The notes beneath the pieces are model-generated. The model was not told the origin of the DNA. It saw nothing but the letters and a program-made list of their open reading frames with translations, and made no database searches. Below are positions 50,143-58,778 of a stretch of DNA of 64,000 nucleotides, one piece after another. The DNA comes from an uncultured virus (IMG/VR IMGVR_UViG_3300035654_000005) (lineage: Duplodnaviria; Heunggongvirae; Uroviricota; Caudoviricetes), in the IMG/VR virus record IMGVR_UViG_3300035654_000005. One strand, 5' to 3'. The position numbers were made by a program, and so were the translations under genes. Every line of letters starts with the position of its first letter. The first letter of the stretch is position 1.

Positions 50143-50670
50143 TTATGCCTTTGGATTCAATCTTAGTCTGGTTGACGTTACTAATGCGGCTATACAATTT
50201 TCCGGCACAATGACGTCTACCGCTGTTCTAATTTTAGTGAATTGTAGTGTAGATAGCATCTTTTCGCCGATGTGCACTTTACCTGATACGCATATCAACG
50301 TGGTATCGAATTCAGTCTCACCCACGTGGTGGGAACCAGTATTCAGGATAGACACACAAATGCTGGATTCAGAAGGAAGAGGGTTGAAATTGAGCACAGC
50401 TGCATGCTCTGCCTGTGTAGTGATAGTGACGTATGTGTGGAGTAGGTCAGATGAATCTACCAAATCACCTTGCTTAGCTGTCATCTCCAACACAACATCA
50501 GTGCCTTGTGGATCCTTGGTATACACTCGATGCGCTTCACCGCTTACAACGTAGCTCCACTGAGCAAAATGCCCTTCGTCTCTAAGATGTAGCTGCAATG
50601 TTTCGTATGGGCTAGAAAAAGCCGCACAATACACAAACGATCCCGCATTTATACTATTGTTTAATATCAT
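50143..50670 (-). CDS. hypothetical protein, possibly cupin/jelly-roll fold; first gene of the desaturase-ACP cassette
   Basis: Two similar beta segments, WSYVVSGEA and LICVSGKV; 2-nt spacing to the desaturase gene. Confidence 0.6.
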   Translation of the reverse strand: MILNNSINAGSFVYCAAFSSPYETLQLHLRDEGHFAQWSYVVSGEAHRVYTKDPQGTDVVLEMTAKQGDLVDSSDLLHTYVTITTQAEHAAVLNFNPLPSESSICVSILNTGSHHVGETEFDTTLICVSGKVHIGEKMLSTLQFTKIRTAVDVIVPENCIAALVTSTRLRLNPKA

Positions 50671-50689
50671 TGAGGTGCCCCAAAACACA

Positions 50690-50757
50690 TATTTATGTAC
50701 TGATATCGACGAGTAATCTAAGATTTGAAATATATGAATATGTTAGATGCATAAATA
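50690..50757. promoter_or_regulatory. divergent late promoters (CATAAATA on the minus strand at 50690-50697 and on the plus strand at 50750-50757)
   Basis: Same motif as upstream of the structural genes in this window. Confidence 0.6.
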
Positions 50758-50791
50758 CTATATCTAATACCACCGTGGATGACATAATAAA

Positions 50792-51496
50792 ATGCCAAGA
50801 ACCATCATCAAAGACGCCGGAACATGGCGCACAGCTGTAAAAATCTATTATAAGAACGCGGGCGTTCAACGCGACGTCCGTCGCATATACAAAAAATACT
50901 TAGGTACATGGCAACTTGTGTTTGGAACTACTGCTGGATCGATTTCCTATTTAACACCAGGTACGTATACCTTTACTGCACCTCCTGGAGTAACACAAGT
51001 GACTGCTGTTATATGTGGTGGGTCGGGAGCGGGTGGTGGTACAACAGTCACTTCAGTATCCACCGTCTGTGGTGGTCAAGTTTCTACTGGCGGCGGAACT
51101 ACCGCACGGAGTGGTGGAGGTGGAGGCGCAAATACACGAACAGTTACAAACTTTCCTGTAGTTCCTGGTACAAACTATACGATTGTAGTAGGTGCTCGAG
51201 GCGCATACGCACCTGGTGCAAATGGAACCGCAGGTGGCAACTCATCAGCGTTTGGTACGACAGCGAGTGGTAGCGGTGGTGGCACCAGAGCTACGTCACA
51301 AAGCAATGGTGTTGCAGGTGGCAAAGGCGGTGACAACGTGACCACCACTGTATCTAACGGAGCAGGTGGAGCAGGTACACATGGTGGTAATAATGGTACT
51401 GTACCAAATGGTGGTACTTCCACTAACGGTGGGAATAACGGTGGGAATGCACTTGCGAATGGATTGCCTGGATTCGTTGTTATTAATTGGAGCTAA
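50792..51496 (+). CDS. glycine-rich tail fibre-type protein
   Basis: KDAGTWR...YYK.AG...W N-terminus; TPGTYTFTAPPGVTQV..V.GG.G.GG, VVPGTNYTIVVG..G glycine-rich domain. Confidence 0.78.
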   Translation: MPRTIIKDAGTWRTAVKIYYKNAGVQRDVRRIYKKYLGTWQLVFGTTAGSISYLTPGTYTFTAPPGVTQVTAVICGGSGAGGGTTVTSVSTVCGGQVSTGGGTTARSGGGGGANTRTVTNFPVVPGTNYTIVVGARGAYAPGANGTAGGNSSAFGTTASGSGGGTRATSQSNGVAGGKGGDNVTTTVSNGAGGAGTHGGNNGTVPNGGTSTNGGNNGGNALANGLPGFVVINWS

Positions 51497-51497
51497 T

Positions 51498-51803
51498 ATG
51501 ATATACACATACGATTGGGTAATAGAGAGTGTAGATATGGCTCAGAAGCACATAGTTGTAACATATACCATGGCAGAATGTCCAATTACTCTCAATATAC
51601 CAACACCAGTTTCTGGTGCAGATATTCCCAACTACGTAAAGCAATTTGCTCCATTGGGTGAATGGTTGAGAATGTTTTCTCCTGTTCCACCCGAGCTTCA
51701 CCAGATGGTCGGTATAATGGGAACAGAAACGGTAGAATATCCACCTAAACCTGAGATCCCTCACGGAATTAACTATCTGACACAAGCAGAAGTAAGCATA
51801 TAA
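51498..51803 (+). CDS. small hypothetical protein (possible fibre chaperone)
   Basis: ATG directly after the fibre gene stop. Confidence 0.55.
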   Translation: MIYTYDWVIESVDMAQKHIVVTYTMAECPITLNIPTPVSGADIPNYVKQFAPLGEWLRMFSPVPPELHQMVGIMGTETVEYPPKPEIPHGINYLTQAEVSI

Positions 51804-51830
51804 ATAATAGTCTTAACCCAAGGATAACAA

Positions 51831-53876
51831 ATGGCAATTTTTCGCTTCACAGACCCAGATAAAGCCCCTATAATTGTAGGTGATTTAACTACAAACGGAC
51901 CAGCTCTACCTAGTGCAAATCTTCCACTGCATGCTTTAGCTGTATCTGCAAATACTTCGTTGATTTTAGTGGGTAAGGGAGTTAAAGAGTACGGTGAATT
52001 GATCCAAGACGGTATATTAAGTCTGCTTGAAAACTTTGCCAACGGCACAGAACCTGCATACCCAGTAGAAGGTCAACTTTGGTATAATAACAACGATGGT
52101 GTTCTGAATCTACGTGTGTCATCTGCATGGCAGCAAGTTGCACTCAACGGTAACTTTACAATCCCGTTCGACCTAGACGGTCAACGCATCACTAACCTAG
52201 CACTCCCTACGCAAGTATCAGATGCGGCAACCAAAGGATTTGTTGATGATAATTTCTTAAATCTTGCTGGTGGTGTGATGTCTGGTGCTATTACATTAAC
52301 TCTGTCTCCAATAGCAAATACTGACGCTACCAACAAACAGTATGTTGATTCTAGTATTATCACAGCAATCGGTTCAAGTGGAGCAGGTTCAAACGCATAT
52401 ACAGACGCTCAGGTAGCACTTAAAGTGTCAAAAGCTGGAGACACTATTACTGGTCCAATCGTAATCGACACGACTAGTTTGAATTTACAAACAAGTGCAC
52501 TTAACATAATCAATAGCTCTCTAGTAGCTTCCGGATCATCTGTTATTGATTTTGGATTAGTGCGTGTAACCAATGTCGGAACTCCTACCAATCCAAGCGA
52601 TGCTGCAACAAAAGCATTTGTTGATGCCCGCGCTGACGCAGGTACAGTTCAAGATTCGACATTCGATTCATCGACAGGAATATTGACACTTCAACACATA
52701 GATGGTTCAGTGGTAGAGTTGGATAATACTCCACTAGCTCCATACTTCCATCAACACATTCTGTCTGATGTACTGCTTCCACTAGTTGCAAAAAATAAAT
52801 CATATATTGACGATGGATACGTATTATCAAACTTTCAGATTCCGTCTTTTATATCGTTAGATACGGGATGGTACGTCTTAGATGCAGCTATTCAAAAGTT
52901 AACACAAAAGAACGATCGTTACTTGGTAGCAGGCAATGGCACTACAACAATTACTCTACCATTTGTATATCCAGTATCACTCGATAAATTGTCTGTGTAT
53001 GAGGATGGTATAAAACTATATCGAAATAGCAGAGGTCGCGCTGTGATTAATACTGCTACGTCTATCAGCGGCGTAGACAACACTCCGTTATCCAACAGTA
53101 CATATTATTACAACGCTACTATTGATGGTGTATTGTACGCCGATCAAGCAGTTAACCTAACAAATGCCAATACTTCTGTCCCTAAATATTATGAATTAAT
53201 TCGTGCGTTGGCATCATCATTTACAGATAGTGGATATGCATTAGTTACGCTATCATCACCCATCACTGGCTCATCACCTACTGGGCTGATACCAGGTAAT
53301 ACATACGGTGCCAGCCTCGTGATTGATGGCACCTCTTATACTGTATCCATATTAGGTAGCACTGCCCAAACGTATGATGATCTAAATTACCAACTATCAT
53401 CACAAACGGGTTTAGCATTAGCGCCTAGTACATCAGGGTCTACGTTAAGGTTAACTGCCCGTTCCCGTGGGGTAGAATCATCCGTCACATCTGTCGTAGA
53501 CGCAGTTGGTATTTCGCCGTATCCATTATTCGCTAGTCTTACCAACTACGTTTCTGTTGGTTCGTACACACCGGGCGTAACGAGAGCAGTTGTAACCTTC
53601 GACAATGGATATATTAATGTACTATCACCAGGAGTCGGTGCAACTTCCGATGTTGTATTTACTGACCCTTCAACAGGAACAAGTTTACTAACAGCGTTAT
53701 CAGCCACCTCATCACATACAGTGGGAACGAGCATATATGCATATAACGAAACCGGCATTCCGCTTAGATATAGCAATACTGTGACCTTCAGTACTAATAC
53801 GAATGTTGGTAAAATGTATGAGTTTACTGTTCAATCATTCGGTTTGAGAACAGATACGTTGGGCAACATAGTTTAA
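51831..53876 (+). CDS. fibre/baseplate-associated structural protein
   Basis: TATAAATA at 51799-51806; LILVGKGVKEYGELIQDGILSLLENFA..EPAYPVEGQLW; repeated ITNL..PT...DAATK.FVD. Confidence 0.75.
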   Translation: MAIFRFTDPDKAPIIVGDLTTNGPALPSANLPLHALAVSANTSLILVGKGVKEYGELIQDGILSLLENFANGTEPAYPVEGQLWYNNNDGVLNLRVSSAWQQVALNGNFTIPFDLDGQRITNLALPTQVSDAATKGFVDDNFLNLAGGVMSGAITLTLSPIANTDATNKQYVDSSIITAIGSSGAGSNAYTDAQVALKVSKAGDTITGPIVIDTTSLNLQTSALNIINSSLVASGSSVIDFGLVRVTNVGTPTNPSDAATKAFVDARADAGTVQDSTFDSSTGILTLQHIDGSVVELDNTPLAPYFHQHILSDVLLPLVAKNKSYIDDGYVLSNFQIPSFISLDTGWYVLDAAIQKLTQKNDRYLVAGNGTTTITLPFVYPVSLDKLSVYEDGIKLYRNSRGRAVINTATSISGVDNTPLSNSTYYYNATIDGVLYADQAVNLTNANTSVPKYYELIRALASSFTDSGYALVTLSSPITGSSPTGLIPGNTYGASLVIDGTSYTVSILGSTAQTYDDLNYQLSSQTGLALAPSTSGSTLRLTARSRGVESSVTSVVDAVGISPYPLFASLTNYVSVGSYTPGVTRAVVTFDNGYINVLSPGVGATSDVVFTDPSTGTSLLTALSATSSHTVGTSIYAYNETGIPLRYSNTVTFSTNTNVGKMYEFTVQSFGLRTDTLGNIV

Positions 53877-53975
53877 CTTAGAAATAGTGACTTGATTGGT
53901 CGAGTACCAGTTAGATAAATATGAAATACACGTTGAGTCACACAGACAATACGATACAAAGGACACCTTTAGAAT

Positions 53976-56900
53976 ATGAGCGGCAATTACACTTTCCAGT
54001 TGAGCAACGGATCAACTCTTATCGATTTGCAACCGTTGGAGCAAAATGGTACGGATAACCTTTCAACACCACGTGCATTGTTGGACGTTAACATTGATGT
54101 CAGCACAGGACAAGTATCGTTTGCGTTTAAAGACGACCTAACCGCCCGTTTTGTAGCTGGATTGTCGTTTGACATCGTCGGAAATGCAGCGTACGCTGGA
54201 ACATATACTGTAGCAGCGAGTGGATCAGTAACTACAACAATTGGTTCAGAACTGTACACGATTGTTCCTGTAGATGAGTCGTTACCACTAGACACGTTTC
54301 AAGTTACGCGTGCAAACAGCACACTAAACGCATTCTACGTTCAAACTCCAACAGAGTGTTCATTTGTTCCGACCACTATTATTTCACTATCCAACAATAC
54401 GTTTGCTGGAGCAAATGGTGATTACACGATTACTGCCGTGGAGTCAAGTACACCTCGAGCAATCACAGCAATTAATGTTGTAGGTAATACGTTCTCGATT
54501 GCTGGTAATTACACAAAGTTCTTTCCAACAGGCGTTCAAGCTACCGTTACTTCAAACACAACAACGGGTAATGGCGTATACACCATCGTATCAGCGACGT
54601 TTGTATCAGGTTCTACTGTTATTGCAGTTTCAGAAGACGTTGACAGCTTAGCAACCGCAAGTGGACTAATTATAGCTAATCCGGCATTAACTATAATCAC
54701 AGTTAGTGAACCTATTCCAGTTGGCGTTGCAGACAATGGCACATTAACAACTGCTCCACAACAAGCCTTCTCATTAACTGCACAAACACCTGTAGTAACT
54801 CCAGTGTTGGGTGGGTTCTTTGACGTTACGTTCTTTACACCTGGTAATCTAGTTGATATATTTTTACCATACACTATAACAGGATGTAACATCCTAGTTA
54901 AAAACAACAACGTACTTAAATTTAACAACGTCCCTGTTCGGAATGTGGTATACAACATTGGTACATCTAGAACCGCAATCACCGTACGTTATGCATCACA
55001 AACAACTCCAATAGTAACTAGTTCGGGCGTTGTTATAGTACGTCCATTAACGCCTGTATACGGATATGTTCAGTATTCAGTACCAGAAATTGATTCATCT
55101 CTACGCTTAGTTGGTAAAGGTTCTGTGAACTATAATGCTACCACGACGTGGGGTCATGCATTGCAGAACAACATGATCAACATGCTTGAGAATTTCTCAA
55201 ATACAACGGCTCCAGTATCTCCACTAATCGGTCAATTTTGGCACGATACAGACACTCCTCAATTACGATTTAGAGATAGTGACTTAATATGGCAAGGTGT
55301 GGTAACTACACAAATTCCAGTATCTGACTATGTTCAGATGAATAACCAATATTTGTATGAACCAAATATCGTATATCGTTCAGGCGCATCTGGCATTGAG
55401 TTCCAAAACGGAAGTGGTGGTAATATCGTTTTTGGAGTATCAGCAAATGGTGGTATTTTAATAAATGGTGGATCTGAACTGTATTTCAACCCAAATTCGT
55501 CTGGTGGTGTAACATTCGCCCCATCTAGTACTGGTGGCATTACAATCAACGGCTCAGGTGACATCTTACTTTCAAACTCAGCTAGTACAGTTACACTATC
55601 TGGTGGTGATCTATTCTTAGGATCTACGTCGGATATTCGCTTTACTGGTTCTGGTGTTATTGATATGAACACCAATCGTATCAACAACCTTGGATTACCT
55701 GCTGCTGGTACAGATGCTGCAAACAAGGCGTATGTTGATGGATTAGCAAGTGGTATTATTTGGTTAACTCCAGTATTGGATCCAACGTTATACGACGACT
55801 CACTAACAACCCCACCTATTGTGAACGGTACAGTACCAACGACAGCTCCACAACTATCAGTGGCTTACCACAAAACATACATCGTACCTACTGGAGCAAC
55901 GGGCGATTGGGCAACATTGATTGGTCGTGCTGTTCAATACGTGTTCGACGATGTTACGTCTAGCTGGAAGTGGGTAGATATTTTAAACAGAGATGTTCAA
56001 GTCAACGACCGCTTTATTGTATTTGGAGCACCAGATCAAGGTGATGATTTATCTATTGCAGGCAACTTAGCTCAAGGTGGTTTAACAGGACAGACTGGTA
56101 AAATTGCAGTTGTAACAGGAGTTGCACCGGTAAGCTACGCATTCAGTACACCAGCTGAACCATATGCTATTTCTGTAACAGGCGTAAGTCCAGGCTCACC
56201 ATCCCCATCACCAACGCTAAATCATTCATCGTACTTGGGATATTCGTTTACATTCCGTGGCGTTCATGGAACTGGTACATACGGTGCTAACTATCAATGG
56301 ATTCAATTTAACGGTCCTCAATCACTAATCGATGGTGCTGGTTTGCGCTACGTTGGTAACATATTGAACATCGGACAAAATACTGGTATAATTGTAAACA
56401 CCAATGATATTGCATTAGATGAAGGTTATACTAACTCAGTATACTTGAGACTGGATGGTACTAACACTGCCATTAACGTACACACTACGGGTCAATTTAG
56501 ATCAACTCTAGCTACAGGTTCTCCACCATTGGTAGTTGCTTCATCGACTAATGTACCTAACTTAAATGCATCTAGCTTGAATGGTGCAACTTTTGCATCA
56601 CCAGGCCCGATTGGATCAACTACGCCAAGCACTGGCGCGTTCACTTCACTAGATGCTGGTACGATTAACACTGGTACTTGGAATGGTTCAGTTATCTCAG
56701 GTCAATATGGTGGTACTGGTGTTAACAATACTGGTAAAACAATCACTCTAGGCGGTAACTTAACCACGTCGGGAGCATTTGATACAACTATAACAGTCAC
56801 AGGTACTACAGCAGTTACGTTGCCATTAAGCGGCACTTTAGTGAGCGATGTCGATACAATTACGTTGACGAATAAAACATTAGTTTTACCAGTCGTCAAT

Positions 56901-57284
56901 ACGTTGGTTGAAGTTAATACTATATCAGCTATTGGATTAACAGGTACAGTGAATGTTGATTTGTCAACTTCCGGAGAATTGTATTATAATACGGATTCTG
57001 TTGCTAACTGGACATTTAACTTCCGTGGAAACGCTGGAACGTCATTGGATAGTATGTTGGCTGTCGGTCAAAGCATTACCACTGAAATCATGGTACAGAA
57101 TGGCGTCACACCATTCTACGCATCTGCACACCAAATCGACGGCACACCAATAACGCCTAAGTTTGCTGGTGGTACTGCATTCGTAGCTGGTAATGCTAAT
57201 GCCATCGACCAGTATACATACAAGATCACTAAAACTGCGGCTGCAACATTCGTTGTGTTAGCAAGTTTAACATTCTTTCAATAA
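53976..57284 (+). CDS. large tail fibre-like structural protein
   Basis: GATAAATA at 53914-53921; shared domain LRLVGKG...LENFS...PLIGQFW; INNLGLPAAGTDAANKAYVD; YGGTG motif. Confidence 0.75.
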   Translation: MSGNYTFQLSNGSTLIDLQPLEQNGTDNLSTPRALLDVNIDVSTGQVSFAFKDDLTARFVAGLSFDIVGNAAYAGTYTVAASGSVTTTIGSELYTIVPVDESLPLDTFQVTRANSTLNAFYVQTPTECSFVPTTIISLSNNTFAGANGDYTITAVESSTPRAITAINVVGNTFSIAGNYTKFFPTGVQATVTSNTTTGNGVYTIVSATFVSGSTVIAVSEDVDSLATASGLIIANPALTIITVSEPIPVGVADNGTLTTAPQQAFSLTAQTPVVTPVLGGFFDVTFFTPGNLVDIFLPYTITGCNILVKNNNVLKFNNVPVRNVVYNIGTSRTAITVRYASQTTPIVTSSGVVIVRPLTPVYGYVQYSVPEIDSSLRLVGKGSVNYNATTTWGHALQNNMINMLENFSNTTAPVSPLIGQFWHDTDTPQLRFRDSDLIWQGVVTTQIPVSDYVQMNNQYLYEPNIVYRSGASGIEFQNGSGGNIVFGVSANGGILINGGSELYFNPNSSGGVTFAPSSTGGITINGSGDILLSNSASTVTLSGGDLFLGSTSDIRFTGSGVIDMNTNRINNLGLPAAGTDAANKAYVDGLASGIIWLTPVLDPTLYDDSLTTPPIVNGTVPTTAPQLSVAYHKTYIVPTGATGDWATLIGRAVQYVFDDVTSSWKWVDILNRDVQVNDRFIVFGAPDQGDDLSIAGNLAQGGLTGQTGKIAVVTGVAPVSYAFSTPAEPYAISVTGVSPGSPSPSPTLNHSSYLGYSFTFRGVHGTGTYGANYQWIQFNGPQSLIDGAGLRYVGNILNIGQNTGIIVNTNDIALDEGYTNSVYLRLDGTNTAINVHTTGQFRSTLATGSPPLVVASSTNVPNLNASSLNGATFASPGPIGSTTPSTGAFTSLDAGTINTGTWNGSVISGQYGGTGVNNTGKTITLGGNLTTSGAFDTTITVTGTTAVTLPLSGTLVSDVDTITLTNKTLVLPVVNTLVEVNTISAIGLTGTVNVDLSTSGELYYNTDSVANWTFNFRGNAGTSLDSMLAVGQSITTEIMVQNGVTPFYASAHQIDGTPITPKFAGGTAFVAGNANAIDQYTYKITKTAAATFVVLASLTFFQ

Positions 57285-57287
57285 TAT

Positions 57288-57317
57288 TTGACATTTATAT
57301 CAGGCATCGTGTATAGT
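57288..57317 (+). promoter_or_regulatory. sigma70-like promoter
   Basis: TTGACA-18 nt-TATAGT, 6 nt before ATG 57324. Confidence 0.65.
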
Positions 57318-57323
57318 TAACAC

Positions 57324-57902
57324 ATGCCTGATATTGACCTAGACTTTCCTACTGATTTTCAACCAAACACCTTGTTTCCAAAGGCTGTTACTGCGTCTAT
57401 GGTTAAGAACAATAGATTATCTAAACATCCGTGTGGTGTTTACTTTCAAAACATGCCTGTAGATTACGAATCTAACCTTGCAGCAATTCCATACGATAAA
57501 GCTCCAGAATATGGCTTCTTTAAGCTTGATTTTCTGCACCTATCCATACTCGATGATATCCAGAGTAAAAGTGAACTCCGTAAGTTGATAGCGACGGATC
57601 CACAGTGGGATATATTGTGGAATCCAACCCATACTCACAAACTGTTTCAACTACACAGACAATTTGCTGTACTCGATACGGTGAGACCAACGTCGGTTAT
57701 CGAGCTTGCTGATTGCATTGCGTTGATTAGACCGAATAAGAAACATCTTATAACGGAATACTGCAACGATAAATATAAGACTAGACCAAAACTGTACCGT
57801 TCAGGCACAGAAGATAAGTCATCGTTTAAGCGCTCCCATGCTATTGCATACGCGCTGACAGTTGTCATACAACTGCATCTTATATCACAGGGAAAATTGT
57901 AA
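57324..57902 (+). CDS. DNA polymerase III alpha (DnaE)-like catalytic palm/fingers fragment
   Basis: MPDIDLDF (catalytic DxD), HPCGVY (HAxGVV), GFFKLDFLHL (third Asp), IALIRP, FKRSHAIAYA (FNKSHAAAY). Confidence 0.9.
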   Translation: MPDIDLDFPTDFQPNTLFPKAVTASMVKNNRLSKHPCGVYFQNMPVDYESNLAAIPYDKAPEYGFFKLDFLHLSILDDIQSKSELRKLIATDPQWDILWNPTHTHKLFQLHRQFAVLDTVRPTSVIELADCIALIRPNKKHLITEYCNDKYKTRPKLYRSGTEDKSSFKRSHAIAYALTVVIQLHLISQGKL

Positions 57903-58267
57903 TGAGAGTAGATAGCGTTAAACTAAATTCACATCAGAAAACCGTGTTGGCTATTATTGCTGACGCTCCAACTTCTAAGGTTGCAGCAGGTGATATTTCT
58001 AACAATCCGAACCTGAACCAAGGTGCTTTATTGTTGCAGAAGTTGGGCATAATCAACTATAGCACAACCGATGCAAGTATTACGGATGCAGGCGCTCAGA
58101 TATCTCAGGAAGAAAATATTACGGATGAAACAGGCACACTTACCACGAATGGTACAATGTTCTTGAAAATGAATGCAGCTGGTGGTAAACCTCAACCTAC
58201 GGAAGAAGCACCACCAGTAGTTGGTGAATCTTTATTACATCAGCTTGTTAAAATACTAGGTAACTGA
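57902..58267 (+). CDS. hypothetical protein (possible winged helix)
   Basis: Coupled to the DnaE fragment; LQKLGIINY...ITDAG. Confidence 0.6.
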   Translation: MRVDSVKLNSHQKTVLAIIADAPTSKVAAGDISNNPNLNQGALLLQKLGIINYSTTDASITDAGAQISQEENITDETGTLTTNGTMFLKMNAAGGKPQPTEEAPPVVGESLLHQLVKILGN

Positions 58268-58674
58268 TTTGCAGGAATTGGTTTACGTCGTCTGCGTTTA
58301 ACGCTTTTAACCTCACTCATCTCATACAACGGTACGGGTCCAATAACACGTGATATAAACTCAACGTTTAGTGATCTGTACAGCTTGGATGTATCTTTAG
58401 TCATACCTAGTTTCGAAAACTCAATCGAAATTGGATAATTGGCTGCATTCTCTTTATACCAATCAATCGCAGTAGCGATTACCTCTTCTTCATCAACGCC
58501 CTCAGGACCACACACGTCGAGAACAAATGCGTGAATGTAGTCAGAAGTCGCATTATCTACGATTGCTAACAAGGGTTGTTTTCTATATTGAATTAAGGTA
58601 ATGAACGGATAGCCAACATAATTTTCAGGATGTGGTTCAATTACTAGAGGAATAGTGGGTTTTCTGGCTGCCAT
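58240..58674 (-). CDS. hypothetical protein
   Basis: Minus-strand TATAAATA at 58712-58719; YPFITLIQY; basic VKRRRRK tail. Confidence 0.72.
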   Translation of the reverse strand: MAARKPTIPLVIEPHPENYVGYPFITLIQYRKQPLLAIVDNATSDYIHAFVLDVCGPEGVDEEEVIATAIDWYKENAANYPISIEFSKLGMTKDTSKLYRSLNVEFISRVIGPVPLYEMSEVKSVKRRRRKPIPANQLPSILTS

Positions 58675-58778
58675 AGTATACTTTATAAGAGGTGTGCTTG
58701 AATCGTGTAGGTATTTATAGGTAAAGGTTCCTCGCTAGATTTACGACTAAATACGTAGGCACCCTTAGATATGTTACG

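Noticed and set aside
23339..57284. Diversity-generating retroelement or invertible fibre cassette
   Set aside because: No reverse transcriptase or invertase gene and no template/variable repeat pair were seen near the fibre genes
41026..57902. Split intein or intron joining the two DnaE halves
   Set aside because: Neither fragment carries an intein-like extension; each has its own start and stop, and the intervening DNA is ordinary phage genes
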